Shown one piece after another: positions 8,793-19,004 of a DNA stretch of 64,000 bases. The stretch is from an uncultured Planctomycetia bacterium. Lineage in GTDB: Bacteria; Omnitrophota; Gorgyraeia; CAYWPX01. The translations under genes and the position numbers were made by a program. The stretch lies in contig CAYWPX010000002.1 in assembly GCA_964460615.1 (NCBI GenBank), forward strand, positions 71,220 through 135,219. Direction: 5' to 3'. The notes beneath the pieces are model-generated. The model saw only the letters and a list, made by a program, of their open reading frames with translations. It was not told the origin of the DNA and ran no database searches. Numbering within the stretch: position 1 is the stretch's first letter; every line of letters begins with the position of its first letter.

Positions 8793-10736
8793 TTACACAA
8801 ACCTCTCAACAGCCTTTAAGACCTTTACGTTATCATCCAAAGGCTTGAGGGTTATGATCTGCTTCAATAATTTGTCAGAAAATTCCGCTATTTTTTCAGG
8901 GCCGGTAAAAACTATGTTGCCCTCCGAACTAAGATCTTTAAGCATGGATAAATGCTTCGAGCCCGACTTTATTACTAACGGCTCGAAGACCAGGACCTTT
9001 TTCCCGCTTGATATGGCTTCAGAGACCATAGAGCTTGAATCGCCGGATACAACTATAATATCAGAAATGCCCATTATGCCGGAAAGCGCAAAATCATAAT
9101 TTTTTTCATTGGCTATGACCAAAAATTTGCAGTACTTATTACCGGTAAGCCTCTTTTTGATAGTGTCTTCCACTTCCTTAGAAGTCCTGCGCGATGTAGT
9201 CAGAAGTATCCGGGCGGAATTTTTTTCACAGAAATCCGTGACCTCATCCAATACCTTGTTGATAATTTCATTATTGATCACAAAGCTGTCGTTTGAACCG
9301 CCGATAATGACCCCCACATTGATAGAGTCCCCCGGTTGTACCAATTGAAGAATCTTATTTTTAGACTCCTCCAAAAGATCCTTTGAAATAAGATTTGTAG
9401 TACCTTTGGTAACGACAACTCTATGCGATTCTTTTACTAAGTCATGTTTTGGTATGATAAGGAGATTAAAATGCGACCTTGCCATGAATCCGGGATCCAT
9501 AGAAGCAATATTCCTGGCGTTATTATCGGATTTTGCAAATATATTTACAGGGACCATCGACGAACCTGTAGAAATAATTATATCGCCGTATGTATTGACC
9601 AAATTTTTGTAAGAATCCGCCGTTAAAGCAAATTTTAATGCGACTCTGGGAATTTTATAGAATAAGGCCATAGAAAGACAAATAAACATATTTTTTCTTA
9701 AATTATTTTTAAATTTTATATCCAACTCTTTCACCGGAGTGTCAGATACTTTATAACCTTTTTCAAACCTCAGCTTCATAATCTTTTCGGCAATGGACCT
9801 GGACTGATTGAGGTGTCCCTGCTTTCCATCGCTTAAAATTATAATAGTTTTAAGCGGGGTGGATTTCCATCTTTTATGCACCCAGAGCCACTGGTCGGGA
9901 AATCTCCTGATATATGACTCCAGGATATTTGAGTATTTGGTTAAATTTACAGACTCGTCTGCAAATTTTTTGCCGGTATTTGTGATTTCAAGGGGCTCTT
10001 CGATATATATTGTATGCTTTGGCCCCTTCTCTCTGACAATAAATGTCGGCAATATTACAGCACCCGTTGATTCTGCCAGGTTCACAACCCCGGCTGCAAA
10101 AGAAGTAGGCCTTCCGAAAAAATCAACAAATACTCCGCGCCTCCCGGCATCCTGGTCGGATAAAACCCCTATCAGCTTATTCTCCCTTAAATCCTTGAAT
10201 ATCTCTCTGGTAGCCATACCTTTTTTTACTACTTTGCAACCTTTTATCTGGCGATAGAAGTTTAATAATCCGTTTAAGGCCTTCATCTTCTGCTCTCGCG
10301 CTAGCACTGACAGAGGATAGCCTATAATGGCGCTAGTAATACTGGTTATCTCCCAGTTACCAAAATGAGCCGTTAAAAATATAACGCCTTTTTTTTTGGA
10401 AAGTGCCTTATCTATGCGATCCATATTTTTTACTTCTATATATTCGCTTACATACCTTTTATTAACTCTGGGCAGAGTAAAGACCTCCACTATCACTTGG
10501 CCGAAGTTCTGATACATCTTTTTTATCAGGCTATCAATTTCTTCCGGAGATCTTTCGCCTTTGAACGCCGCCTTCATATTGGCATAGGCAACACGCTTTC
10601 TTTTGATATTCAGGTAATATGCAAGCGTCCCGAAACATCTGCCGATAAATAACCCTGCTCTGACAGGAATTAATAAAAATACCAGGCTAAATATTAGCGC
10701 TATAAATGAGAGAATCAAGTCTGCTAAGTAAAGCAT
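8793..10736 (-). CDS. lpxL: fusion: lipid A late acyltransferase (LpxL/HtrB family) N-terminal domain plus ELM1-family (PF06258-like) C-terminal domain
   Basis: N-terminal TM, then LTAHFGNWEI (HxGNWE motif of LpxL/LpxM), ...FPDQWLWVHKRWK. The C-terminal approx. 340 aa contain GVIIGGSND, LLTTSRRTSKE and VVSGDSSSMVSEA, reminiscent of ELM1-family proteins. Confidence 0.7.
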   Translation of the reverse strand: MLYLADLILSFIALIFSLVFLLIPVRAGLFIGRCFGTLAYYLNIKRKRVAYANMKAAFKGERSPEEIDSLIKKMYQNFGQVIVEVFTLPRVNKRYVSEYIEVKNMDRIDKALSKKKGVIFLTAHFGNWEITSITSAIIGYPLSVLAREQKMKALNGLLNFYRQIKGCKVVKKGMATREIFKDLRENKLIGVLSDQDAGRRGVFVDFFGRPTSFAAGVVNLAESTGAVILPTFIVREKGPKHTIYIEEPLEITNTGKKFADESVNLTKYSNILESYIRRFPDQWLWVHKRWKSTPLKTIIILSDGKQGHLNQSRSIAEKIMKLRFEKGYKVSDTPVKELDIKFKNNLRKNMFICLSMALFYKIPRVALKFALTADSYKNLVNTYGDIIISTGSSMVPVNIFAKSDNNARNIASMDPGFMARSHFNLLIIPKHDLVKESHRVVVTKGTTNLISKDLLEESKNKILQLVQPGDSINVGVIIGGSNDSFVINNEIINKVLDEVTDFCEKNSARILLTTSRRTSKEVEDTIKKRLTGNKYCKFLVIANEKNYDFALSGIMGISDIIVVSGDSSSMVSEAISSGKKVLVFEPLVIKSGSKHLSMLKDLSSEGNIVFTGPEKIAEFSDKLLKQIITLKPLDDNVKVLKAVERFV

Positions 10737-11730
10737 CTTTCCCTTCTTTAATCTCTATATTTATTTTCAGCACAAAAATCTTAATATTCATGCTGTCAAT
10801 ATTATTAAGCTTCTTTATCTTGACAAAATCTTTTTGCGTTGTCAGGACCGCCGCATTATTAATTTTTGCTGATACAAGAATCTGCTTAAGATCCTTATCA
10901 GAATAGTTATGATGATCCATGAATCTAATATCATCTTTTATCACCCCGCCTGACTTTTCAACCATCAATCTGAAATATTCGGGGTTTGCTATTCCGGAGA
11001 CAAGGATGAAATCTTTGCCCTTCAGAAACTCATCTTTCAGTTCTACCCCCATAGAAGGGTCCAGAATAGACTCTATTTTATAATAAGATTCCGCAAATAT
11101 CGCTTTATCGTTAATTTCCTTTATATCCCTCTTAAGCGCCTCCGGATCGGCTTTAGGAAAATCGCACTTAGTGAAAACTATTATATCGGCTCTTTTAAGA
11201 GAATCTTTAGGCTCTCTTAGAACGCCTCTGGGAAATAAAAAGCTGTTTCCAAAAGAATTGAGCGCGTCTATTAGTACTATGTCCAGATCCCTTTTAAGCT
11301 TCCAGTGCTGGAAACCGTCATCCAAAAGTATTAGTTCAGCTATTTTAGCTTCACTGATAAGTTTGGCATTTTGGGACTTATTAGGGCCTATAAATACAGG
11401 GAGCCCTGTTTCCTCCTGAAGAATGAATTTTTCATCTTCTCCGTACCCCCTCGTAATTATTGCGCCTCTTCTATTTTGCCTTTTTATAAGATCGGCAAGA
11501 TATATGGTAAAAGGAGTCTTACCGGTACCTCCAAGAGTAATGTTCCCTATGCTTATAACAATTGCATCGGCTTTAAAAGCCTTTAATATGCCTATTCTAT
11601 AGCCAAACTTGATAAGATTTAAAAAAAAACCATAAAAAACCGAGATAACTCTTAAAATCAATCTGACAAAAAAAGAAAAAACTCCTTTTTTCTGATCCTG
11701 CATTACAGAATATAAATATTCTACTATCAT
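10687..11730 (-). CDS. lpxK: tetraacyldisaccharide 4'-kinase
   Basis: VISIGNITLGGTGKTPFTIYLADLIK Walker A and LpxK-like length and architecture. It sits between waaA and lpxL. Confidence 0.85.
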   Translation of the reverse strand: MIVEYLYSVMQDQKKGVFSFFVRLILRVISVFYGFFLNLIKFGYRIGILKAFKADAIVISIGNITLGGTGKTPFTIYLADLIKRQNRRGAIITRGYGEDEKFILQEETGLPVFIGPNKSQNAKLISEAKIAELILLDDGFQHWKLKRDLDIVLIDALNSFGNSFLFPRGVLREPKDSLKRADIIVFTKCDFPKADPEALKRDIKEINDKAIFAESYYKIESILDPSMGVELKDEFLKGKDFILVSGIANPEYFRLMVEKSGGVIKDDIRFMDHHNYSDKDLKQILVSAKINNAAVLTTQKDFVKIKKLNNIDSMNIKIFVLKINIEIKEGKDALLSRLDSLIYSANI

Positions 11731-11765
11731 AGTTTTATCTGCAGTCAGTTTTAATTAAGTTTCTG

Positions 11766-13061
11766 TTAAATCCTTATATTCTTATCATTCAAAAGGATCT
11801 TAATTTTAAAAATTGCATTATTACTGGCGCCGATATTCTCATCGATCAGGCTTCTGGCGCGCCTTCCGAGAGCCAGGCGCTCTTTTTCCATATTAAGCAA
11901 TCTTAAGCTGGCCAGGTAAAGATTATTTTCATCATCAACTACAATACTGGCGCTATTTTTTAGAAATAGCTCCGTAATATCCCTGAAATTAAAAACATGC
12001 CTTCCGAAAATAATCGGCTTTCCGTAAAATGCCGGTTCCAGGATATTGTGACCGCCGTGTTTAACCAGGCTTCCCCCGACAAAAGCAATGGTACTAAAAG
12101 CATACATGTCTTTAAGCACGCCTATCTTATCGATAATCAGAACGTCAAAATTGTCGGTATTTTTTAATTCCGAAAACAATTTTGTTTTCAGCTTGAAATT
12201 TTTCTCAAAAATATTTTTTATCTCAGTACACCTGTCGACATGCCTTGGAGCTATGAAAAGCACCAGATCTTTAAAATCGCCCTTCAATTTTAAAAATACT
12301 CTTGCGGCCATCTCCTCTTCGCCGTGATGCGTAGATCCGGCGATGAAAATATTTTTATACTTATCAAAATCAACCGATCCTTTATATTTGTCTTTTATTT
12401 TATCAATATCTTTTTCCAATTTTAGCGCAGAATCAAATTTAATATTACCGACCTTAAATGCGCTTTCAGGCCTGGCTCCAAGCGCCTCTACTCTGTTATA
12501 ATCAACTTCTGTCTGCATACAAAATAGATCGACTCTTTCAAACGTACCTTTAAGTATCGGCTTTAAAAATAGATACCCATTAAAAGATCTGTCCGAAATC
12601 CTCCCGTTTATAAGCGCCATGGGAATATTTCTTTTGGATAAAGTTCTTATCATGTTGGGCCATATCTCGGTATCTACGGTTATAAATAGCCTTGGGTTTA
12701 TCTTTGAAACTGCTTTTTCGGTTATAGAACTTATGTCAAAAGGAAAATATATCACTACTTCATTTTTTCTGGCCAATTTTTTGGCTACCTCTTTGCCGGT
12801 TTGCGTTACGTTTGATATAACAATTGCGGCCTCAGGAAATTCACGCCTTAAATTTTCTAAAAACGCTTCCGCTGCCGCAGTTTCTCCGACGCTAACGGCA
12901 TGAAGCCAGATAACATTTTTATCTTTGAGCATTTTTAGCTTATCATCGCTATATTCACCCAGGCGTTCTTTGAATTCACTGTCAAATTTTCGTTTTATGA
13001 TATATCCCGGAAGAAAAACCACTATCAAAAATATAAAAACAATGTTAAATAATATGTACAT
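11766..13061 (-). CDS. waaA: 3-deoxy-D-manno-octulosonic acid (Kdo) transferase
   Basis: N-terminal TM and VIWLHAVSVGETAAAEAFLENLRREFP, typical of KdtA/WaaA. 431 aa. Confidence 0.85.
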   Translation of the reverse strand: MYILFNIVFIFLIVVFLPGYIIKRKFDSEFKERLGEYSDDKLKMLKDKNVIWLHAVSVGETAAAEAFLENLRREFPEAAIVISNVTQTGKEVAKKLARKNEVVIYFPFDISSITEKAVSKINPRLFITVDTEIWPNMIRTLSKRNIPMALINGRISDRSFNGYLFLKPILKGTFERVDLFCMQTEVDYNRVEALGARPESAFKVGNIKFDSALKLEKDIDKIKDKYKGSVDFDKYKNIFIAGSTHHGEEEMAARVFLKLKGDFKDLVLFIAPRHVDRCTEIKNIFEKNFKLKTKLFSELKNTDNFDVLIIDKIGVLKDMYAFSTIAFVGGSLVKHGGHNILEPAFYGKPIIFGRHVFNFRDITELFLKNSASIVVDDENNLYLASLRLLNMEKERLALGRRARSLIDENIGASNNAIFKIKILLNDKNIRI

Positions 13062-13111
13062 TTATTATTCCTTATTATAATTTTTTGTTTACTCAGACTT
13101 TTGTGGTCTTA

Positions 13112-13135
13112 CTATGAGCAATGAGCTATGAGCTA
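13112..13135 (-). repeat. ATGAGCT-heptad array (family B): ctatgag/caatgag/ctatgag
   Basis: Direct tandem 7-mers in the xerC-waaA spacer. Related arrays occur at about 2578-2607, 44191-44222 and 55089-55113. Confidence 0.55.
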
Positions 13136-13206
13136 ATTTATTCCTTTCGCTACGCTCTAGGATGTGTTTTATCCACGCCTCGCTTAGGACTGCCGCATCA
13201 CACTCG

Positions 13207-14169
13207 CTATGCTCGTGGATGCGTCTTGTCATACACGGCTTTGAGGCCATCCATAGTAACATGAGTATAAATCTGAGTTGTTGATAGATTAAGATGCCCC
13301 AATAACTCCTGCACACTTCTGAGATCAGCCCCTCTATTGAGTAGATGCGTAGCGAATGAGTGCCTTAGGCTATGAGGCGATATCCCCTGCCTGAAACTTA
13401 AGGCCTTTATATATTTATCAAGGATCCTTCTAACTGACCTATCTGTCAGCCTTTTGCCATATTTATTCAGAAAAACAGCTGAGTTTTTTTCACCTGACAG
13501 CTTTGCTCGTTTTGAAAAATATCCCCTGATTGATTTAAGGGCCCTGTCCCCGATAGGGCTTAACCTTTCTCTTTTACCTTTGCCTCTCACCTTAAGCACG
13601 CCGCTTATAAAGTCAATGTCATTCTGATTTAAACCTACTAATTCACTTACTCTTATACCGGTAGAGTAAAGCGTCTCCAGGATCGCTTTATCTCTCAATG
13701 AGGCCTCATCATGCCTCTTAAAACGCTTTGTTGTTTGCTCCGAAGGAGCATCCGAAGGAGCATCCGAAGGAGCATCCGAAGGAGCATCCGAAGGAGCATC
13801 CAACGGGGCATCCAATAATTTTGCGATCTCTTCTTCGCTTAAAAAAACCGGCAGTTTTTTATCAAGTTTTGGAGTTGAGATCGATAAAGCCGGGTTTGAC
13901 TTCACGTGTTCTTCCCGGAAAAGGAATTTAAAAAACGACCTGATGCATGAAAGGCGCCTGGCAATTGTGCGTTTGGATAAATTTTTTGTCTTAAGGTAAG
14001 CAAGATATCTTCTAAGGACCAGATAGTCCGCTTCTTCTATGGTGATCTTCAGATCTAAAATAAATTTGTCAAAATCCTTCAGATCATCAGCATAATTGGT
14101 GATAGTATGATTTGAGGCATTCTTTTCGACTCTCAGATATAATAGATATTTATCTACAAGCCTATCCAT
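13207..14169 (-). CDS. xerC: tyrosine site-specific recombinase XerC/XerD family, with an internal (DAPS)n repeat linker
   Basis: Catalytic region HSLRHSFATHLLNRGADLRSVQELLGHLNLSTTQIYTHV. The N-terminal core-binding domain and the catalytic domain are joined by LDAPLDAPSDAPSDAPSDAPSDAPSE. Confidence 0.85.
   Translation of the reverse strand: MDRLVDKYLLYLRVEKNASNHTITNYADDLKDFDKFILDLKITIEEADYLVLRRYLAYLKTKNLSKRTIARRLSCIRSFFKFLFREEHVKSNPALSISTPKLDKKLPVFLSEEEIAKLLDAPLDAPSDAPSDAPSDAPSDAPSEQTTKRFKRHDEASLRDKAILETLYSTGIRVSELVGLNQNDIDFISGVLKVRGKGKRERLSPIGDRALKSIRGYFSKRAKLSGEKNSAVFLNKYGKRLTDRSVRRILDKYIKALSFRQGISPHSLRHSFATHLLNRGADLRSVQELLGHLNLSTTQIYTHVTMDGLKAVYDKTHPRA
13738..13813 (-). repeat. in-frame 12-bp tandem repeat (gaaggagcatcc x5 plus a variant) encoding (DAPS)n inside xerC
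   Basis: The plus strand reads ctccgaaggagcatccgaaggagcatcc... with five near-perfect 12-mers. Confidence 0.8.
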
Positions 14170-16159
14170 TAACAGTATCCTTATTGTTATTAATATCTTC
14201 GGGAAGCGTATTGGTTATGTATGTACATTTCGGATAATTGGAACATCCGTAAAAAAATCCTCTCTTAGAACGCCTCTGGACCAGCTCTCCTCCGCACTCT
14301 GGCTCGGGACATTTGACCCCCGAGGTAATGGATTTGGCATTTTTACATTCAGGAAAGCCGGAGCAGCTTAAAAATTTTCCCTTTTTGCCCCATTTCACTA
14401 CCATGGGCTTACCGCATTTTTCGCAGACCTTGTCAGTCTCAATTACCTCTTTTTTGACATCTTTCATCTCAAGTTTCGCCGCTTCGACATTATGCATAAA
14501 AGGACTATAAAAACTTTTTAACACAATGAGCCAGTCCGCCTCTCCCTCTTCGATACCGTCCAGCTCATCTTCCATTTTAGCGGTGAACTTAAGGTCAAGT
14601 ATTGTGGGAAAATGCGCTATCAATAAGTCCAGCACCAGGATCCCGAGCTCCGTCGGAGTAAAAGTACCTTTTTCTCTGCGGACATAATTCCTTAAAATTA
14701 TTGTCTGGATAATGCTGGCATAGGTACTCGGCCTGCCGATACCTTCTTCCTCCAAAGCCTTTACCAATGATGCATCATTAAAGCGTGCCGGCGGTTTGGT
14801 AAATTTCTGATATGGCAAAAGTTTTACAAGATCCAGTATCTCATTTGGGTTTAATTCAGGTAAAACCTTATTCTTTTCTTCAGCCTCATCCTCTTCGAGA
14901 TATACACGTAAAAATCCGTCAAATATAAGCTTTGAACCGTTGGCCTTAAATAGATATTTCCCTGCTGCTATCTCAACGCCCTGTGTCTGAAATACGGCTG
15001 GTGCCATCTGACTAGCCAGAAATCTATTCCAGATAAGCTCATAAAGTTTATATTGAGTAGGATTCAAGAACTCTTCTACTTCGCCGGGGGATTTTAACGG
15101 AAGCGTAGGCCTTATTGCCTCATGGGCTTCCTGGGCGTTCTTTTTGGATTTATACACATTGGGGGTTTCCGGATAATACATCTTGCCGAATTTTTCCAAT
15201 ACATAAGTCTTTGCTTCGTCCTGAGCATCATTAGAGATCTTGACAGAGTCGGTCCTCATGTATGTGATCAAGGCAATGCTACCTTTATCGCCCATCTCAA
15301 CGCCCTCGTAAAGCTCCTGGGCAATCTTCATTGTCTTATAAGACGGAAATCCAAGTTTATTAAATGCATCCTGCTGAAGTTTGCTGGTAGTAAAAGGCGG
15401 GAGAGGATTTCTTTTTTTCTTCGATTCCTTGATATCTTTAACTATATAATTCTCTTTGGAAAGTTCATCAAGGATACGGTCTGCATTATCCTTATTAGTT
15501 ATCTCGAATTTCTCGCCGTTAATCTTGTCAAGTCTTGCAATAAATTCTAAAGACCCCTCTACTCTTTTCTTGAGTACAGACTCTATCTCCCAATATTCTT
15601 TGGGTATGAAATTCTTGATATCACGTTCTCTATCCACGATCAGCCTCAGGGCAACCGACTGGACTCTCCCTGCACTAAGGCCTCTTGTAATCTTTTTCCA
15701 TAATAAAGGGCTTATACTGTACCCCACAAGTCTATCCAAAATTCGCCTTGCCTGCTGAGCGTTTACTAGGTTCATATCGATCTGGCGCGGATGTTTAAAC
15801 GCCTCTTTGACAGCCTTCTCCGTTATCTCATCGAAACTTACCCTATAGGCGTTCTCTTCAAGCCCTAAAACATTTTTTATATGCCAGGCAATCGCCTCGC
15901 CTTCTCTGTCAGGATCGGGGGCAAGGAAAACTTTTTCTTTGCCCTTGGCTCGTTTTTTTAACTCGGAGACCAGTTTTTTCCTGGTAGATATGACAATATA
16001 TTTTGGTTTAAAATTATTTTCGATATCAAGGCCCATTCTGGATTTAGGGAGGTCCGCGATATGCCCCATGGAAGACGTTACTTCAAAGTCCTTCCCCAGG
16101 AATTTTGCAAGGGTCTTTGTCTTTGCCGGTGATTCAACTATAACTAAATTTTTTGCCAT
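14162..16159 (-). CDS. topA: DNA topoisomerase I
   Basis: MAKNLVIVESPAKTKTLAKFLGKDFEVTSSMGHIADLP (Toprim) and C-terminal C4 zinc ribbons (CEKCGKPM...CSGFPEC...CPEPECGG). Confidence 0.9.
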   Translation of the reverse strand: MAKNLVIVESPAKTKTLAKFLGKDFEVTSSMGHIADLPKSRMGLDIENNFKPKYIVISTRKKLVSELKKRAKGKEKVFLAPDPDREGEAIAWHIKNVLGLEENAYRVSFDEITEKAVKEAFKHPRQIDMNLVNAQQARRILDRLVGYSISPLLWKKITRGLSAGRVQSVALRLIVDRERDIKNFIPKEYWEIESVLKKRVEGSLEFIARLDKINGEKFEITNKDNADRILDELSKENYIVKDIKESKKKRNPLPPFTTSKLQQDAFNKLGFPSYKTMKIAQELYEGVEMGDKGSIALITYMRTDSVKISNDAQDEAKTYVLEKFGKMYYPETPNVYKSKKNAQEAHEAIRPTLPLKSPGEVEEFLNPTQYKLYELIWNRFLASQMAPAVFQTQGVEIAAGKYLFKANGSKLIFDGFLRVYLEEDEAEEKNKVLPELNPNEILDLVKLLPYQKFTKPPARFNDASLVKALEEEGIGRPSTYASIIQTIILRNYVRREKGTFTPTELGILVLDLLIAHFPTILDLKFTAKMEDELDGIEEGEADWLIVLKSFYSPFMHNVEAAKLEMKDVKKEVIETDKVCEKCGKPMVVKWGKKGKFLSCSGFPECKNAKSITSGVKCPEPECGGELVQRRSKRGFFYGCSNYPKCTYITNTLPEDINNNKDTVNG

Positions 16160-16183
16160 TTTTTATTTTTCCTCAAGTGGAGT

Positions 16184-17293
16184 TTAGTTTAAAATATATT
16201 TTTTGCCGGGAAGTTCTTTAATAAGTCTTTTTAACTGCAGCTTAACCAATACTCCCGAAGTTTGATTAACATTCAGATTCGATCTGGAAACAATTTCATC
16301 TATATGTAAAGGCTCGTCTTTATCAAGAACCTTATAAACATCGTTTTCGGCTTTATCCAGTTGTGGAGCCGGATTTTTTTTAATTACAGTACCGCTATTT
16401 TTCAAATAATTTGAGATCTTATCCGTAAATTCCATCAGGATATCATCTCCGTTCTCAACTAACTTCGCCCCTTCTTTAATAAGCGCATGCGTTCCCTGGC
16501 TTGTAAGAGAATCCACCTTGCCCGGCATTGCAAAGACTTCCCTGTTTTCATTAAGAGCAAAATCTGCCGTTATCAAAGCTCCCGAGCGCTTCGCAGCCTC
16601 AACTACTAAAACCCCCATACTGAGGCCGCTTATGATGCGGTTCCTCTTCGGAAAATTTATCTTGTCAGGAGGTGAGCTTATCGGACACTCTGATATTATG
16701 CATCCGTTACCTGCTATTATTTTTTCGGCAATATCCGTGTTTTCGGGAGGATATATTTTAGCCAGGCCGTTCCCCAAAACCGCTATTGTCCTGCCGCCGG
16801 AGGCCTTCAACGCTCCTTTATGCGCAGCAGTATCAATCCCCCTGGCAAGGCCGCTCACAATCGTCAAGCCCTTGGAGGCCAATTCAAATGATATATCCTC
16901 CGCACTCCTAAGGCCATAGATAGATGCACGCCTTGATCCTACAACCGCCAAAGAGATATTATCGCTATCCGCAAGCTCGCCTTTTACATAAAAGTATAAC
17001 GGAGCATCATAAATACTTTTCAGGTTCTCGGGATAATTCTTATCAAAGATACTTATTATTTTTATATTATGGATCCTTGCAAGGTCAAATTCTTTTTTTA
17101 TGTCAAAATCTTTCTCTGCTTTTTTTATGCTGGCTGCGATATTACTGCTTATGCCTTCAATTTGGGCTAATTCATTCTCTCTGGCCTCTAAAACATCCTG
17201 GGGTTTTTTAAATACCTCCAAAAGCCTTTTAATCTTCACAGGGCCAAGGCCGTTAACCGAATTTAAAAACATCAAACCTTCAAGATCTTCCAA
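16184..17293 (-). CDS. dprA: DNA processing protein DprA (Smf)
   Basis: LAVVGSRRASIYGLRSAEDISFELASKGLTIVSGLARGIDTAAHKGAL, the DprA Rossmann core, plus an N-terminal SAM-like and a C-terminal winged-helix extension. Confidence 0.85.
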   Translation of the reverse strand: MEDLEGLMFLNSVNGLGPVKIKRLLEVFKKPQDVLEARENELAQIEGISSNIAASIKKAEKDFDIKKEFDLARIHNIKIISIFDKNYPENLKSIYDAPLYFYVKGELADSDNISLAVVGSRRASIYGLRSAEDISFELASKGLTIVSGLARGIDTAAHKGALKASGGRTIAVLGNGLAKIYPPENTDIAEKIIAGNGCIISECPISSPPDKINFPKRNRIISGLSMGVLVVEAAKRSGALITADFALNENREVFAMPGKVDSLTSQGTHALIKEGAKLVENGDDILMEFTDKISNYLKNSGTVIKKNPAPQLDKAENDVYKVLDKDEPLHIDEIVSRSNLNVNQTSGVLVKLQLKRLIKELPGKKYILN

Positions 17294-17307
17294 AAATAAA
17301 CCCTTTT

Positions 17308-17829
17308 TTATTTTCTTAGCTTCCCGATCTCATCCTGATAAATACAAAGTACCTTCTCCGCAACATCCGAAGTGCCTATATCCGACGTATCTATTTTTAT
17401 AGGAATCTTCTTATAATATGATGACCTGATATTTAATATTTCCTTTATCTTCCCGAGTTTATCATTTACTTCCAATAAAGGCCTGTTTGAATCATTCTTA
17501 ACCCTCTCCAGAATAACTTCGGGAGTTGCTTCAAGAAGTATCAATAAGCCGTTCTTTTTCAGATTTGATATATTTTCATCATCAAGGATCACTCCTCCGC
17601 CCGTATCAACAACAACGCTATCCATCCCGGACACATCCTTTACCACTTCTTTTTCAACTTTGCGGAAATACTCTTCCTTATCTTCTTCAAAGATCCTCTT
17701 TATGGTCCTCTTCTCGCGCTTAACGATCTCTTCGTCAGTGCTGACATAGTCCATCCTGAGAAGATTTGCTACGATCTTCGCCGTTACGGTCTTTCCGGCA
17801 CCCATAAAACCAAAAAATACTATATTCAT
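17308..17829 (-). CDS. aroK: shikimate kinase
   Basis: MNIVFFGFMGAGKTVTAKIVANLL P-loop; 173 aa. Confidence 0.85.
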   Translation of the reverse strand: MNIVFFGFMGAGKTVTAKIVANLLRMDYVSTDEEIVKREKRTIKRIFEEDKEEYFRKVEKEVVKDVSGMDSVVVDTGGGVILDDENISNLKKNGLLILLEATPEVILERVKNDSNRPLLEVNDKLGKIKEILNIRSSYYKKIPIKIDTSDIGTSDVAEKVLCIYQDEIGKLRK

Positions 17830-17832
17830 TTT

Positions 17833-18957
17833 TTAGAATTTCTTTAGAGCTTTGAGATATCCTTCATAATTCCTCTTTAGCTCTATTCTTGAATCTGAAC
17901 CGAATTTTTCAAGCATTGCGCTTGCGATCTCAAGCGCAACAACATTTTTGGCTACCAGAGATGCCGCACTAACAGCTACAACATCGCTTCTTTCGACAGA
18001 GGCAACATGTTTAGCTTTGTTTTTTATGTTAACGCTATTTAATGGTTTTCTTAAAGTTGCGATCGGCTTCATAGCCGCTCTTACAATAACCTCCTGACCG
18101 TTACTTATCCCCCCTTCAATGCCGCCGGCATTATTTGATGGTCTTGTAAAACCGCAATTTTTGGAATAAATTATTTCATCATGTACCTTTGACCCGGGGT
18201 TCTTTGCCACGGCGAAACCCATCCCTATCTCAACACCTTTGATTGCCTGGATTGACATAATAGCTCCTGCAATTTTGGCATCAAGTTTTCTATCAGGTTC
18301 GACATGAGAACCAAGCCCCGGAGGCAGGCCCTTTACCCTTATTTCAAAAATCCCGCCAAGCGTATCCCCTTCGGCCCCGACCTCATCAATCAGTTTTTCC
18401 ATCCTCTTTGAGGCATCTAGATCGGCACACAGAAGGCTCGATCTTTTTGACAATTCTTTTATTCTATCAAATGAAAGCTTCCTCGTATCGGCCTCAACGG
18501 GCCCGATCGATACAACATGGCTCACCAGCTCAATATTAAACTCTTTCAAAAAAATCTGCCCTATAGCTCCTATAGCGACCCTTGAAGCAGTCTCTCTGGC
18601 GCTTGAACGCTCTAGTATATCCCTTACCTCATAAGTCCCGAATTTTAGGGCACCGGCAAGATCGGCATGCCCCGGCCTTGGATTTAAAACTGCCGGCAAG
18701 GAATTTATCTTGAAATCTTTATTTTTTATTAATACAGCTATAGGGCTGCCGAGTGTCATGGAATGCCTCAACCCGGAAAGTATTATTACGGAATCTTTCT
18801 CTATGGACATTCTTTTTCCGCGCCCGTATCCGGACTGACGAAGCCTCAATTCTTGATTTATAAACTCAGTATTTATTTTAAATCCGTATGGCATACCTTC
18901 GATGATCGCCACGAGACCCTCTCCATGCGATTCACCCGCAGTTAAAAATCTAAGCAT
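17833..18957 (-). CDS. aroC: chorismate synthase
   Basis: MLRFLTAGESHGEGLVAIIEGMP and ...GRHDP-like core. 374 aa. Confidence 0.9.
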   Translation of the reverse strand: MLRFLTAGESHGEGLVAIIEGMPYGFKINTEFINQELRLRQSGYGRGKRMSIEKDSVIILSGLRHSMTLGSPIAVLIKNKDFKINSLPAVLNPRPGHADLAGALKFGTYEVRDILERSSARETASRVAIGAIGQIFLKEFNIELVSHVVSIGPVEADTRKLSFDRIKELSKRSSLLCADLDASKRMEKLIDEVGAEGDTLGGIFEIRVKGLPPGLGSHVEPDRKLDAKIAGAIMSIQAIKGVEIGMGFAVAKNPGSKVHDEIIYSKNCGFTRPSNNAGGIEGGISNGQEVIVRAAMKPIATLRKPLNSVNIKNKAKHVASVERSDVVAVSAASLVAKNVVALEIASAMLEKFGSDSRIELKRNYEGYLKALKKF

Positions 18958-19004
18958 AATTATACCCCTTTCGGTTTACGGTATTAGGTTATCGTCTGCC
19001 TTCC

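Noticed and set aside
13089-13316. 75-aa minus-strand ORF between xerC and waaA
   Set aside because: It overlaps the 3' end of xerC in another frame and runs through the ATGAGC repeat array. It has no RBS and its composition is repeat-driven.
13207-14169. XerC as the integrase of an integrated mobile element or prophage
   Set aside because: It is flanked by topA and waaA housekeeping genes. No att-like direct repeats, phage genes or tRNA target are nearby. It has XerC/D-type catalytic motifs.
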